DNA of 64,000 bases from Spirochaetota bacterium (GTDB lineage: Bacteria > Spirochaetota > UBA6919 > CBDBPB01). The notes under the pieces were generated by a model. It was given only the letters and a program-made list of their open reading frames with translations, was not told the origin of the DNA and did no database searches. Shown piece after piece: positions 41,355-49,986 of this stretch (positions within the stretch are counted from its first letter, which is position 1; each line of letters opens with the position of its first letter). The stretch spans positions 128,001 through 192,000 of the forward strand of contig CBDBPB010000007.1 of assembly GCA_965208615.1 (NCBI GenBank), read 5' to 3'. Both the position numbers and the translations under genes were made by a program.

Positions 41355-41774
41355 ATGTTTTACCAATTAAAACTAAAAAAAACTAAAATATTAAAAAAAT
41401 ATAACCTAATCAGCTTGCTACAAAAAGAATTAGGTTTATCCGCCAGTAGCTGTTATAAATTTCTTTTAAAAAAAGAATCTATAGGTTTTCTGAAAAAGAA
41501 AAACCTCTTAAACAAAGAAATCGAAATCTTGAACACTCCAATATTAAAAGAAGGATCTCTTAAAAAACAGGAGCGTAGCTTTTTAACTATTTGTCTTATG
41601 GATTTGTTAAACAATAATCCAAAGATTTTCTCTAAAGAAGAGTGGAAGAGACTTATAAAAATACGCCTTAGAAGGGCTAACCTTAAATATGATAGTAAAA
41701 TAGATGATTGCTCAGAAAAAGAACTACACGAGCTTTCTGAAAAGCTTTATCTAAAAGGATATAAAGGAGAATAA
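41355..41774 (+). CDS. Hypothetical early phage protein
   Basis: ORF in an operon with DUF3102 and GemA-like genes. Confidence 0.5.
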   Translation: MFYQLKLKKTKILKKYNLISLLQKELGLSASSCYKFLLKKESIGFLKKKNLLNKEIEILNTPILKEGSLKKQERSFLTICLMDLLNNNPKIFSKEEWKRLIKIRLRRANLKYDSKIDDCSEKELHELSEKLYLKGYKGE

Positions 41775-41775
41775 C

Positions 41776-42627
41776 ATGGAAAATGATACTGTGAATAACG
41801 GTTTAATAGTAGACGGCCTTATAGAAGGCGTTATGGAAGAGGATATTACAGATGATATAACGGAGAGTTCTATTGAGGAACAGGCAAAGCATACTATAAA
41901 AGATAGCCTAACGGATGGTTTAGTGTTCCATCCTGATAAAACTGCGGGAATAATAAGGGAACTCCATGCTAAAACGCTACTCAGCATTCTCGAAATTGGA
42001 AGGCATTTACTGGTCGCCAAAGAGCGTCTTAATCACGGTGAGTTCGGCCGCTGGATAGAGGATCGATGCGGATTTTCTTATAGCACGGCTAGGAGCTATA
42101 TGCAGATGACCAAGATAGGCTATCTACATAAAAATGAGATAGTTAACATGAAGGCAAGTGCATTTAGGTCAATAGCGAAGGGCAAACTGCCCCCTGATCT
42201 TTTTGGTGAGGTCATGAAAACGGGTATGATAAACGATAAGGAGATTTCTAATATGTCTACAAAAGAGATTGAAAATGAGATTGAAAAATTAAAATCCGAG
42301 ATTGACAAAGAGATAGACAGGCGTATGGATGCTGAAAAGACTTTGGAGATCAGTAAAAACATCTTAGAGGAAAAGGATAAGGAAATATCTAGCCTGGAAA
42401 GCAAGCTGGATAAGCTAAAGAGCCCTGATAAGCAATACGAACTCCACTTTGAACAAACTCAGGATATTATATCCGAGGCGATTTTTAACGTCCAAAAGGC
42501 GAGTTTAAAGTCTCCAAAGCCTAATGACGCTCTTAGTCTTCTGTCTTCCTTAATCATAGCGACAAACAGGCTGGGGGAAGAGTGGGGCGTTAAATGGGAC
42601 GATAAAAGTTTTATAAGCAGAAATTAA
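41776..42627 (+). CDS. DUF3102 domain phage protein
   Basis: EIGRHLLVAKERLNHGEFGRWIE...FSYSTARSYM. Confidence 0.8.
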   Translation: MENDTVNNGLIVDGLIEGVMEEDITDDITESSIEEQAKHTIKDSLTDGLVFHPDKTAGIIRELHAKTLLSILEIGRHLLVAKERLNHGEFGRWIEDRCGFSYSTARSYMQMTKIGYLHKNEIVNMKASAFRSIAKGKLPPDLFGEVMKTGMINDKEISNMSTKEIENEIEKLKSEIDKEIDRRMDAEKTLEISKNILEEKDKEISSLESKLDKLKSPDKQYELHFEQTQDIISEAIFNVQKASLKSPKPNDALSLLSSLIIATNRLGEEWGVKWDDKSFISRN

Positions 42628-42654
42628 GTGTTAAAAGGGTTATAAGGGGTTATT

Positions 42655-43023
42655 ATGCCTATGATGAACTCTATAACCAGCAAGCAAATAGCCAAAATAT
42701 GGTCTTATTCCAATGAGCTTGGCCTAAGCCTGGGTGAGTTGCATAATATAGTAAATACCTTCTTCAGAAAGCCTCTAAGACAGCTATCCGAGGAGGAGGC
42801 ACATAGGCTTATGACATTATTATCTAAATATAGAAAGCCTAATAAGATAGTTAATTTAATTAGTCCCACACAAAGAAAAAGGATACTCAATCTTAAGTCC
42901 AGCCTTAGCTGGACAGAGAATGAGCTAAACTGCTTCTCTATAAAGCTGACTGGTAAACCTTATAGTAAGCTTACCCAAGAGAAGGCATATAGACTAATAA
43001 AAGGTTTAAAATCTTTGTTTTAA
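42655..43023 (+). CDS. Mu GemA/gp16-like (DUF1018) protein
   Basis: QIAKIW....LGL...LS..EA..L...L unit, duplicated. Confidence 0.65.
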   Translation: MPMMNSITSKQIAKIWSYSNELGLSLGELHNIVNTFFRKPLRQLSEEEAHRLMTLLSKYRKPNKIVNLISPTQRKRILNLKSSLSWTENELNCFSIKLTGKPYSKLTQEKAYRLIKGLKSLF

Positions 43024-43593
43024 AAAACTTATTTGATTTTAACCATTTATATATAAAAACAAAAATAAATGGATCTTTATTAGTAAAAAAGTAATTTTTT
43101 TTATTTTTATCAAATTGATAAAATTTATCATTATGAATTCTTGATGTATTTTTGTACGGTGGATAACTTGTTATATTTATAATAAGTTAGCTTAATCTTT
43201 TATAAAAAAAAACAAAGTTACGCTGATATTTATTAGCAAAAAAAAATAAAATTACAAATTTTAGTTGACTTTAATGTTATATAGTTATATAATAAATATA
43301 TTAATTTATATACATAGTTAAATATACTAATAAAGAAATAGTGTTTACGTGTTATTATGTGTATGATTAATATGTAGTTAGAGAGAGGTTCAGGCAGTTT
43401 ATGCCTGCTTACCAATGGGTAATCCTAACGCTTACCGATAGGCGATATGGCTAATCGTTTACAGCGAGGCAACTGTGCGATTAGTCAGCTTTTTCAGGGA
43501 ATATCCTGCTTACCGATAGGACAATATTTCCCTTAGTGACAGATTGTTAAAGAGGGTTTGTTTACTGATAATGTTTTATTAGTGAAATTTAGT

Positions 43594-43666
43594 CGGGGTG
43601 TAGCTCAGTTGGCAGAGTGCTGGTTTTGGGAACCAGTTGTCGGAGGTTCAAGTCCTCTCACCCCGA
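43594..43666 (+). tRNA. tRNA-Pro(TGG)
   Basis: Cloverleaf; anticodon arm ctggt-tttggga-accag. Confidence 0.95.
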
Positions 43667-43671
43667 AAAAA

Positions 43672-43745
43672 GGGCCGGTAGCTCAGCTGGATAGAGCAAC
43701 AGCCTTCTAAGCTGTGGGTCGCAGGTTCGAATCTTGCTCGGCTCA
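43672..43745 (+). tRNA. tRNA-Arg(TCT)
   Basis: acagc-cttctaa-gctgt. Confidence 0.95.
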
Positions 43746-43749
43746 GTAT

Positions 43750-43821
43750 GGGGAGTGTAGTTCAATGGTAGAGCATTAGATTGTGGTTCTAATAACGCGG
43801 GTTCAATTCCCGTCATTCCCC
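43750..43821 (+). tRNA. tRNA-His(GTG)
   Basis: ttaga-ttgtggt-tctaa; G-1:C73 pair. Confidence 0.93.
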
Positions 43822-43827
43822 CAGTAG

Positions 43828-43901
43828 GCCTTCGTAGCTCAACTGGATAGAGCATCTGACTTCGGATCAGAGGGTTGAAGGTTCAAATCCTTCCGAGGGT
43901 A
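43828..43901 (+). tRNA. tRNA-Arg(TCG)
   Basis: tctga-cttcgga-tcaga. Confidence 0.93.
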
Positions 43902-43903
43902 GA

Positions 43904-43976
43904 GGGCCGTTAGCTCATTTGGTAGAGCAACTGACTCTTAATCAGTTGGTGGGAGGTTCGAGCCCTCCACGGCTCA
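43904..43976 (+). tRNA. tRNA-Lys(CTT)
   Basis: actga-ctcttaa-tcagt. Confidence 0.95.
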
Positions 43977-43980
43977 AAAA

Positions 43981-44061
43981 GCGAGAGTGGTGGAACTGGT
44001 AGACACGCAAGACTTAGAATCTTGTGCCTTTGGTGTGTGGGTTCAACTCCCACCTCTCGCA
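43981..44061 (+). tRNA. tRNA-Leu(TAG)
   Basis: caaga-cttagaa-tcttg; long variable arm. Confidence 0.95.
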
Positions 44062-44062
44062 T

Positions 44063-44134
44063 GCGGGAATAGTTCAGCGGTAGAACAGTACCTTGCCAAG
44101 GTGAAGGTCGCGGGTTCAAATCCCGTTTCCCGCT
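44063..44134 (+). tRNA. tRNA-Gly(GCC)
   Basis: acc-ttgccaa-ggt; acceptor stem gcgggaa/ttcccgc. Confidence 0.93.
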
Positions 44135-44203
44135 ATTTGCTTTTTTTTTCCAAAAATGAATTTTCTTCGGTATAAAAATTAAAAATTATTTGTTATTAAT
44201 TAT

Positions 44204-45514
44204 ATGCTATCAAACATGATTGAAACTAAAATTGAAAAAATGGATAATGCCAAAGTTAAGCTCTTTATCAACGTTCCAGCCGAGATCGTTAATAGAGAAT
44301 TCTCTAATGGCTGTATGAATATCGCTAAAAAGATTAGTATGCCAGGGTTTAGACGAGGAAAAGTCCCCAGTAATATTATCAAAAAACGATTCGGGGATAA
44401 TCTTAAAATTGAGGTTTTTAATAATATTGTCAATCTCGCTGTGACAGAAGCTTGCAAAAAAGAAAACCTTAGTTTTATCAACATAGATCTCGTTGATAAC
44501 TCTGCCTTTACTAAACTCGATGAAAACTGCCCCCTGCCCATAGAAGCCGTTTTGGAACTCTATCCATGGGTCGACGTTGCACCCTATACTAACTTGAAAA
44601 TCGAAACTTCTAAATATGTGTTCAACGAAAAAGACGCCCTGAACAAACTTAAAGAGTTTCAGGAAAAGGCATCCGAAATAGTTAAGAGCGAGGATCCTGT
44701 TGAAGACAGCAATATACTGGATATTAATTATAAGTTCTATCTCGTAGATAAAAGTGAACCCTATGAAAATATCGTCTGGAACATGAATGAAGATAACTGG
44801 CTCTCTGAAATCAAGACTGAGATTATTGGTATGAGGATTGGTCAAGAAAAAAATATTGCTATAAAAATCCCCGATACCTGTAAGGATGAAGGTCTTAGGG
44901 CTAAGCAGGGTTTTGTTTACATTAAGATTAGCGGTGTGGAAAAGATAGTCTTGCCTCCTATTAACGATGATCTGGCTCTGGACTTCGGTTTTGACAATAT
45001 AGAAAAGGCTAAAGCTTCTATAGAAGACTCATTAAAAGATATTTGTGATCGTGAAACTCGTAATCTTGCATACAAAAAGATAATGGAAAAAATAACTGAT
45101 GAATCGACCTTTAGCATTGGGAATAAGGCTATAGACTTCCAGGTTGACAGCTATATTGATAGGCTTAAATCAAACTTCAAAAGCGAGGATGACTTTCAGC
45201 TCTACTTAAATAGTATAAATAAGTCCATGAATAACCTTAGAAGCGAAATTAAAGATGACAGCGAAAAGAATATTAAAACTAGCCTGATTAGGGATAACAT
45301 TATCAAAGATAACTCCATTGAACTAAACGATGACGACCTCTCTAAAATACTCTCGGATTATAAATATAATATATCCCTGGATGAGGCAAAATTATCCAAC
45401 TCTGGCGACATGAAAACTATTAAAGAATTAAAACTTTATGATAAACTAATGGATTATTTGCTAAATAACAATGAAATAGAATATATAAATGAATTATCCA
45501 TCTCTAAGGTCTAA
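44204..45514 (+). CDS. tig: Trigger factor
   Basis: MPGFRRGKVP ribosome-binding motif; follows tRNA-Leu/Gly. Confidence 0.9.
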   Translation: MLSNMIETKIEKMDNAKVKLFINVPAEIVNREFSNGCMNIAKKISMPGFRRGKVPSNIIKKRFGDNLKIEVFNNIVNLAVTEACKKENLSFINIDLVDNSAFTKLDENCPLPIEAVLELYPWVDVAPYTNLKIETSKYVFNEKDALNKLKEFQEKASEIVKSEDPVEDSNILDINYKFYLVDKSEPYENIVWNMNEDNWLSEIKTEIIGMRIGQEKNIAIKIPDTCKDEGLRAKQGFVYIKISGVEKIVLPPINDDLALDFGFDNIEKAKASIEDSLKDICDRETRNLAYKKIMEKITDESTFSIGNKAIDFQVDSYIDRLKSNFKSEDDFQLYLNSINKSMNNLRSEIKDDSEKNIKTSLIRDNIIKDNSIELNDDDLSKILSDYKYNISLDEAKLSNSGDMKTIKELKLYDKLMDYLLNNNEIEYINELSISKV

Positions 45515-46782
45515 CTTTTTTTAATTTGTCTGCCTTCAAACTAAAAACTTAAACTATACTATAACACTTTTATTATAATAAAATAGAGCGTTTAATAATA
45601 ATGTTATTTAATTATTAAGTGTTATTTTTTATTTATAAGCTCCCCATAAAAAATATTAAGGATTCACAGTGAAAATAAAAGTTAATTATATGAACTTATT
45701 ATATTTATTATTTATTTTATTATATCTAATCGGCTGTAAGCCTATAGATATGAGACCAACTATAGAAGTAGATGTTACAAATATAGATAACGTAACATTA
45801 AATAAAGTCCAACAAACAAAACTATACGACTATACAAAGAATGCTGTTAAAGCATGGGAATCAAATATACCTAACGCTAACTATACTACAAAAAGGATGC
45901 TTATAAAAAAAGGTAATAATATGCATTTAAGGCCAAGCTTTTGGGTTACTTTAGCAGATTATCATTGTAATGGTCATGGAATATCAGAGCTAGAAAAAAA
46001 ATACTGTAACTTTACTCCTAAGACACTGGGGATAACAGTAATAACCACTTACGGCAACATAATAGACAGTGCAACTGTTATAATAAATAAGGCAAAGTTT
46101 GAAGAGTTTGAAAATGAAAATGAAAATAAAAATAAAAATAAAAATCAAATAATAATGACTCATGAAATAGGACATCTTCTTGGTTTACGACACCCAAACA
46201 GGCTTCCCCCTACCCGTACCCCTATCCCTAGTTTAGAGTCACTATCTGGCCTAATAGACCTTAGAAGTCTTATTATGTATAGCCATTTAAGTCCAGCTAT
46301 CCCTAATATACCCCATGACTACGAACTTCAAGCAATAAAAGGAGTTTATGGTGGTAATGGTTATACACAATACCCGGGTTATAAAACTATTAATATTAAT
46401 AAACCTATTAATAATATAAATGTATTTATCAAAGATTTTTATTATCAATTTTATGAATATCCTTATTATCATCCCTGGCGTATAAAAACAAAGCCGCAGA
46501 TTTATGTATATGGAAAACCAAGTCGAACAAAAAGGTCTGCTAAACTCGAAGATAGTTATATAATAGATGATAGCCTTAAGGATAAAGAAAGAAAGGTACA
46601 CGTTATAGATAACTAGTCTATTAAAAAACCTACTAAAATTGACCTTTTTTAAGGTCTAACTTTTTTTAAATATTTCTACCTTAAAACTAAAAACTTAAAC
46701 TATACTAGAACGTTTTTATTATAAAAAAATAGAGCGTTTAATAATAAGATTATAGTCTATTAAAAAACCTACTAAAATTGAC
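45505..46782. repeat. Direct repeats around the metalloprotease gene (A 45505-45600 / A' 46650-46748; B 46614-46641 / B' 46754-46782)
   Basis: taaggtctaactttttttaa...aaactaaaaacttaaactatacta...aaaatagagcgtttaataataa twice; tagtctattaaaaaacctactaaaattgac twice. Confidence 0.85.
45669..46616 (+). CDS. Matrixin-like (metzincin) metalloprotease lipoprotein
   Basis: HEIGHLLGLRH zinc motif; Met-turn LIMY; lipobox LIGC. Confidence 0.8.
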   Translation: MKIKVNYMNLLYLLFILLYLIGCKPIDMRPTIEVDVTNIDNVTLNKVQQTKLYDYTKNAVKAWESNIPNANYTTKRMLIKKGNNMHLRPSFWVTLADYHCNGHGISELEKKYCNFTPKTLGITVITTYGNIIDSATVIINKAKFEEFENENENKNKNKNQIIMTHEIGHLLGLRHPNRLPPTRTPIPSLESLSGLIDLRSLIMYSHLSPAIPNIPHDYELQAIKGVYGGNGYTQYPGYKTININKPINNINVFIKDFYYQFYEYPYYHPWRIKTKPQIYVYGKPSRTKRSAKLEDSYIIDDSLKDKERKVHVIDN

Positions 46783-46871
46783 TTTACCTAAAAAATATTA
46801 TATCCTTATTTTCTAGCTTCTAAAAAAACAAGCTAGAATAAATATTTACACAAACAAATATAGAGAGATAT

Positions 46872-48071
46872 ATGACCATAGAACAAGAGCTAAATGTTTT
46901 AACAAGAGGAGTAGTAGAGGTTATCCCAGAGAATGGCCTTAAAGATAAGCTTATAAAGGCTAAAAAAGAACAAAGACCTCTTATTGTTAAGTTGGGAGCT
47001 GATCCTACTGCTCCGGATATACACCTAGGGCATACTGTAGTTTTAAAAAAGCTAAAAGACTTTCAAACTTTTGGTCATAAGGTTATATTCCTAATTGGCG
47101 ACTTTACCAGTATGATTGGTGATCCAAGTGGAAAGTCTAAGACGAGAAGGCCCCTTACTAAAAAAGAAGTTGAGGAAAATGCTAAAACTTATGAGAGTCA
47201 GATTTTTAAGATACTTGATCCTAAAAAAACACAGATACGCTTTAACAGCGAGTGGAACGCTAAATTAACCTTTGAGGATGTTATTAGATTAACTTCTAAT
47301 ACTACCGTAGCCCAGATGCTGGAAAGGGATGACTTTAAAAAGCGTTATCAAAAAGGTAATTCTATTACTATTACTGAGTTTTTATACGGCATTATCCAAG
47401 GATATGATTCTGTTGCACTTAAGGCTGATATAGAGCTTGGAGGCACGGATCAGAAGTTTAACCTGTTATTAGCAAGAGACCTACAAAGAGAACTCAATCA
47501 GGAACCACAAACTGCCGTTATTATGCCAATATTAGAGGGATTAGACGGTGTAAATAAGATGAGTAAATCCCTTGATAATTATATTGGGATTAGTGATTCA
47601 GCTGATGATATGTTTGGTAAGATTATGTCTATTAGCGATGACATGATAATTAGATATTTTACTCTTCTCACCGATGTTAGCTTATCAGAGATTGATAGGC
47701 TTAATAACAGTATGAAAAATGGAACTAATCCCAGGGATATAAAAGTTATGCTGGCTAAAGAGGTTATTACTAGCTATTATAACGAAAAAGAGGCTAATCA
47801 GGCTTATAATAATTTTAACAAAGTTTTTGTAAAGAAAGCATTACCCAGTGAAATACCAGAGTATAAAATCGAAGAAGACGAAATATGGATAATTGAACTC
47901 CTTAATAAAACTGGTATAACGTTGTCTAAGAGCGATGCAAGACGCTTAGTAAAACAAGGCGGGGTATATATAGACAGTAAAAGGGTTAGTGATGAGAAAT
48001 TAATTCTTAAAATAAAGAGTGGAATGGTTATTAAAGCCGGTAAGAGAAGGTTTTTAAGGTTGATAAAATAA
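46872..48071 (+). CDS. tyrS: Tyrosine--tRNA ligase
   Basis: GADPTAPDIHLGH, GGTDQ, KMSKS, C-terminal S4 domain. Confidence 0.97.
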   Translation: MTIEQELNVLTRGVVEVIPENGLKDKLIKAKKEQRPLIVKLGADPTAPDIHLGHTVVLKKLKDFQTFGHKVIFLIGDFTSMIGDPSGKSKTRRPLTKKEVEENAKTYESQIFKILDPKKTQIRFNSEWNAKLTFEDVIRLTSNTTVAQMLERDDFKKRYQKGNSITITEFLYGIIQGYDSVALKADIELGGTDQKFNLLLARDLQRELNQEPQTAVIMPILEGLDGVNKMSKSLDNYIGISDSADDMFGKIMSISDDMIIRYFTLLTDVSLSEIDRLNNSMKNGTNPRDIKVMLAKEVITSYYNEKEANQAYNNFNKVFVKKALPSEIPEYKIEEDEIWIIELLNKTGITLSKSDARRLVKQGGVYIDSKRVSDEKLILKIKSGMVIKAGKRRFLRLIK

Positions 48072-48101
48072 GGCTTATATACAAATGTTCAGGAATAAAA
48101 A

Positions 48102-49145
48102 GTGAGTTATAAAAAAGAGGCTCATCTCATTAGTCTGTTTAACAGTTGGAGTAGTAAATATGCAAATAACATTATTCTTCTTCCAGAGTCTGGCTCATAC
48201 AGGGAGTATTATAGAATAGAAAGTGATAGTCATAGTGCTGTTGGGGTTTTAAATAATGATAAAAAAGAAAATACTGCTTTTATAGGGCTAACTAAACACT
48301 TTATAAAAGCTGGATTATCTGTCCCGAAGGTCTATAAAGAGGATTTAAGTAATAATGCATATCTTATAGAGGATTTAGGGGATACTAGTCTATTTTCTTA
48401 TATTAGCAGTATAAAGAACACTGAAAACCATTTACAGAAAACTATAGCTATATATAAACTAATTATAGATGAGCTTACAAAATTTCAGATATTAGCTAAT
48501 AAAAATCTTGATTATAGTATTTGCTATCCCAGACCAGCTTTTGATAAGCAGTCTATGATGTGGGATTTAAATTATTTTAAATACTATTTTTTAAAGTTGG
48601 CAAAAGTTCCTTTTGATGAGCAAAACCTTGAGGATGATTTTAATAATTTTTCTGATTATCTTTTGGAATGCGATTCTAACTTCTTTTTGTATAGAGACTT
48701 TCAGTCTGCTAATATTATGCTTTATAATAATAAGCCGTACTTTATTGACTATCAAGGAGGTAGACGGGGGGCTTTGCAATATGATATTGCATCCCTGCTT
48801 TTTGACTCTAAGGCTAACATACCACACAATATAAGGGATATATTACTGAATTATTATATTGACGTAATAAGGGAATTATACCCTATAAACGTGGATAGGT
48901 TTATTCATTTTTTTTATGGCTTTGTGTTAATAAGGATTATGCAGGCTATGGGTGCCTATGGATTTAGAGGGCTTTATGAGAAAAAGAAGCATTTTTTATA
49001 TAGCATTCCCTATGCTATTGGGCATCTTAAAAGTGTATTAGAGATTATTGACTTATCAGTTTTTAATAACGGTTGTAAAACTTTAATAAATACCCTAAGT
49101 TTGCTTGTGGAGGCTGATCATATAAGGCGGTTAACAGCGGAGTAA
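48102..49145 (+). CDS. amgK: APH-family phosphotransferase, AmgK-like MurNAc/GlcNAc kinase
   Basis: SGSYREYYR, EDLGD, RDFQSANIM, IDYQG, YDIASLL; paired with a nucleotidyltransferase. Confidence 0.65.
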   Translation: MSYKKEAHLISLFNSWSSKYANNIILLPESGSYREYYRIESDSHSAVGVLNNDKKENTAFIGLTKHFIKAGLSVPKVYKEDLSNNAYLIEDLGDTSLFSYISSIKNTENHLQKTIAIYKLIIDELTKFQILANKNLDYSICYPRPAFDKQSMMWDLNYFKYYFLKLAKVPFDEQNLEDDFNNFSDYLLECDSNFFLYRDFQSANIMLYNNKPYFIDYQGGRRGALQYDIASLLFDSKANIPHNIRDILLNYYIDVIRELYPINVDRFIHFFYGFVLIRIMQAMGAYGFRGLYEKKKHFLYSIPYAIGHLKSVLEIIDLSVFNNGCKTLINTLSLLVEADHIRRLTAE

Positions 49146-49240
49146 GCTTATTTTACTATATAAGGATTTTTTTATGTCGGCTTATAGATTTATGGGTTTG
49201 CATATTTTTAAATTATTTTATTTATATAAAAAGGCATACT

Positions 49241-49942
49241 ATGAAAGCTATGATACTTGCCGCTGGACTAGGAACTAGATTAAGGCCTATTACTAATAAA
49301 AAGCCTAAGGCTTTGATTGAGCTTGGGAATACTCCAATAATTGAGCATCTTATTAACAGGCTCAAGTTATTAGGTTTTGATCAGATAATAATTAATGTTC
49401 ATCATTTTGCTAATATGGTTATTGACTTTTTGCAGTCTAGGAACAACTTTGGAATTGATATAGCTATATCTTATGAAAATCAGCTTCTGAACACAGGAGG
49501 CGGCCTTTATAAGGCTAGATGGTTTTTTGATTCGGAGCCTTTTTTACTACACAATGTAGATATTTTTTCCAATATTAATATATTGGATATGTATAAAAGT
49601 CATGTTGATAATAATTCACTGGTAACATTGGCTGTACAAAAGGAATATATAGACAGGGTTTTACTTATTAATAAAGAAAGGCGTATTTGTGGCTGGAGGA
49701 ATGTAAAGACTAACGAAGAGAGAATTAGTTTTTTTTCTAAGGAGTTGTATTTAGTTAGTTTTTGTGGGTTGCATATTATTAGCCCAAGTATTTTTTCTTT
49801 AATTAAAGATAAAGTTTTTTCTATAATAGATTTATACTTACAATTGGCTAAGGATCATCCGATTAGGGCTTATTATTGCGAGGATATGTGTATTGATATT
49901 GGAACCCATGATAACCTGGATAAGCTAAAAGAGTTATATTAG
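49241..49942 (+). CDS. murU: Nucleotidyltransferase, MurU-like
   Basis: MKAMILAAGLGTRLRPIT..KPKAL, TGGGL, DIGT. Confidence 0.7.
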   Translation: MKAMILAAGLGTRLRPITNKKPKALIELGNTPIIEHLINRLKLLGFDQIIINVHHFANMVIDFLQSRNNFGIDIAISYENQLLNTGGGLYKARWFFDSEPFLLHNVDIFSNINILDMYKSHVDNNSLVTLAVQKEYIDRVLLINKERRICGWRNVKTNEERISFFSKELYLVSFCGLHIISPSIFSLIKDKVFSIIDLYLQLAKDHPIRAYYCEDMCIDIGTHDNLDKLKELY

Positions 49943-49986
49943 TTAATAGGGCTGTATTTGAATTATAATAGTATTGGTAAATAACT

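Larger units (their letters stand above)
11527..43023. mobile_element. Headless Mu-like contractile-tail element (candidate tailocin/eCIS, or defective prophage)
   Basis: Tail, baseplate, fibre, lysis and repressor/GemA-like genes present; no recognisable terminase, portal, capsid, integrase or transposase; boundaries approximate. Confidence 0.8.

Noticed and set aside
11527-43023. Complete active prophage or type VI secretion system
   Set aside because: No head, packaging, replication or integration genes and no att duplication of a tRNA end seen; no TssJLM/ClpV, and a lysis cassette is present
43658-44175. Short ORFs in the ORF track
   Set aside because: They overlap clear tRNA genes
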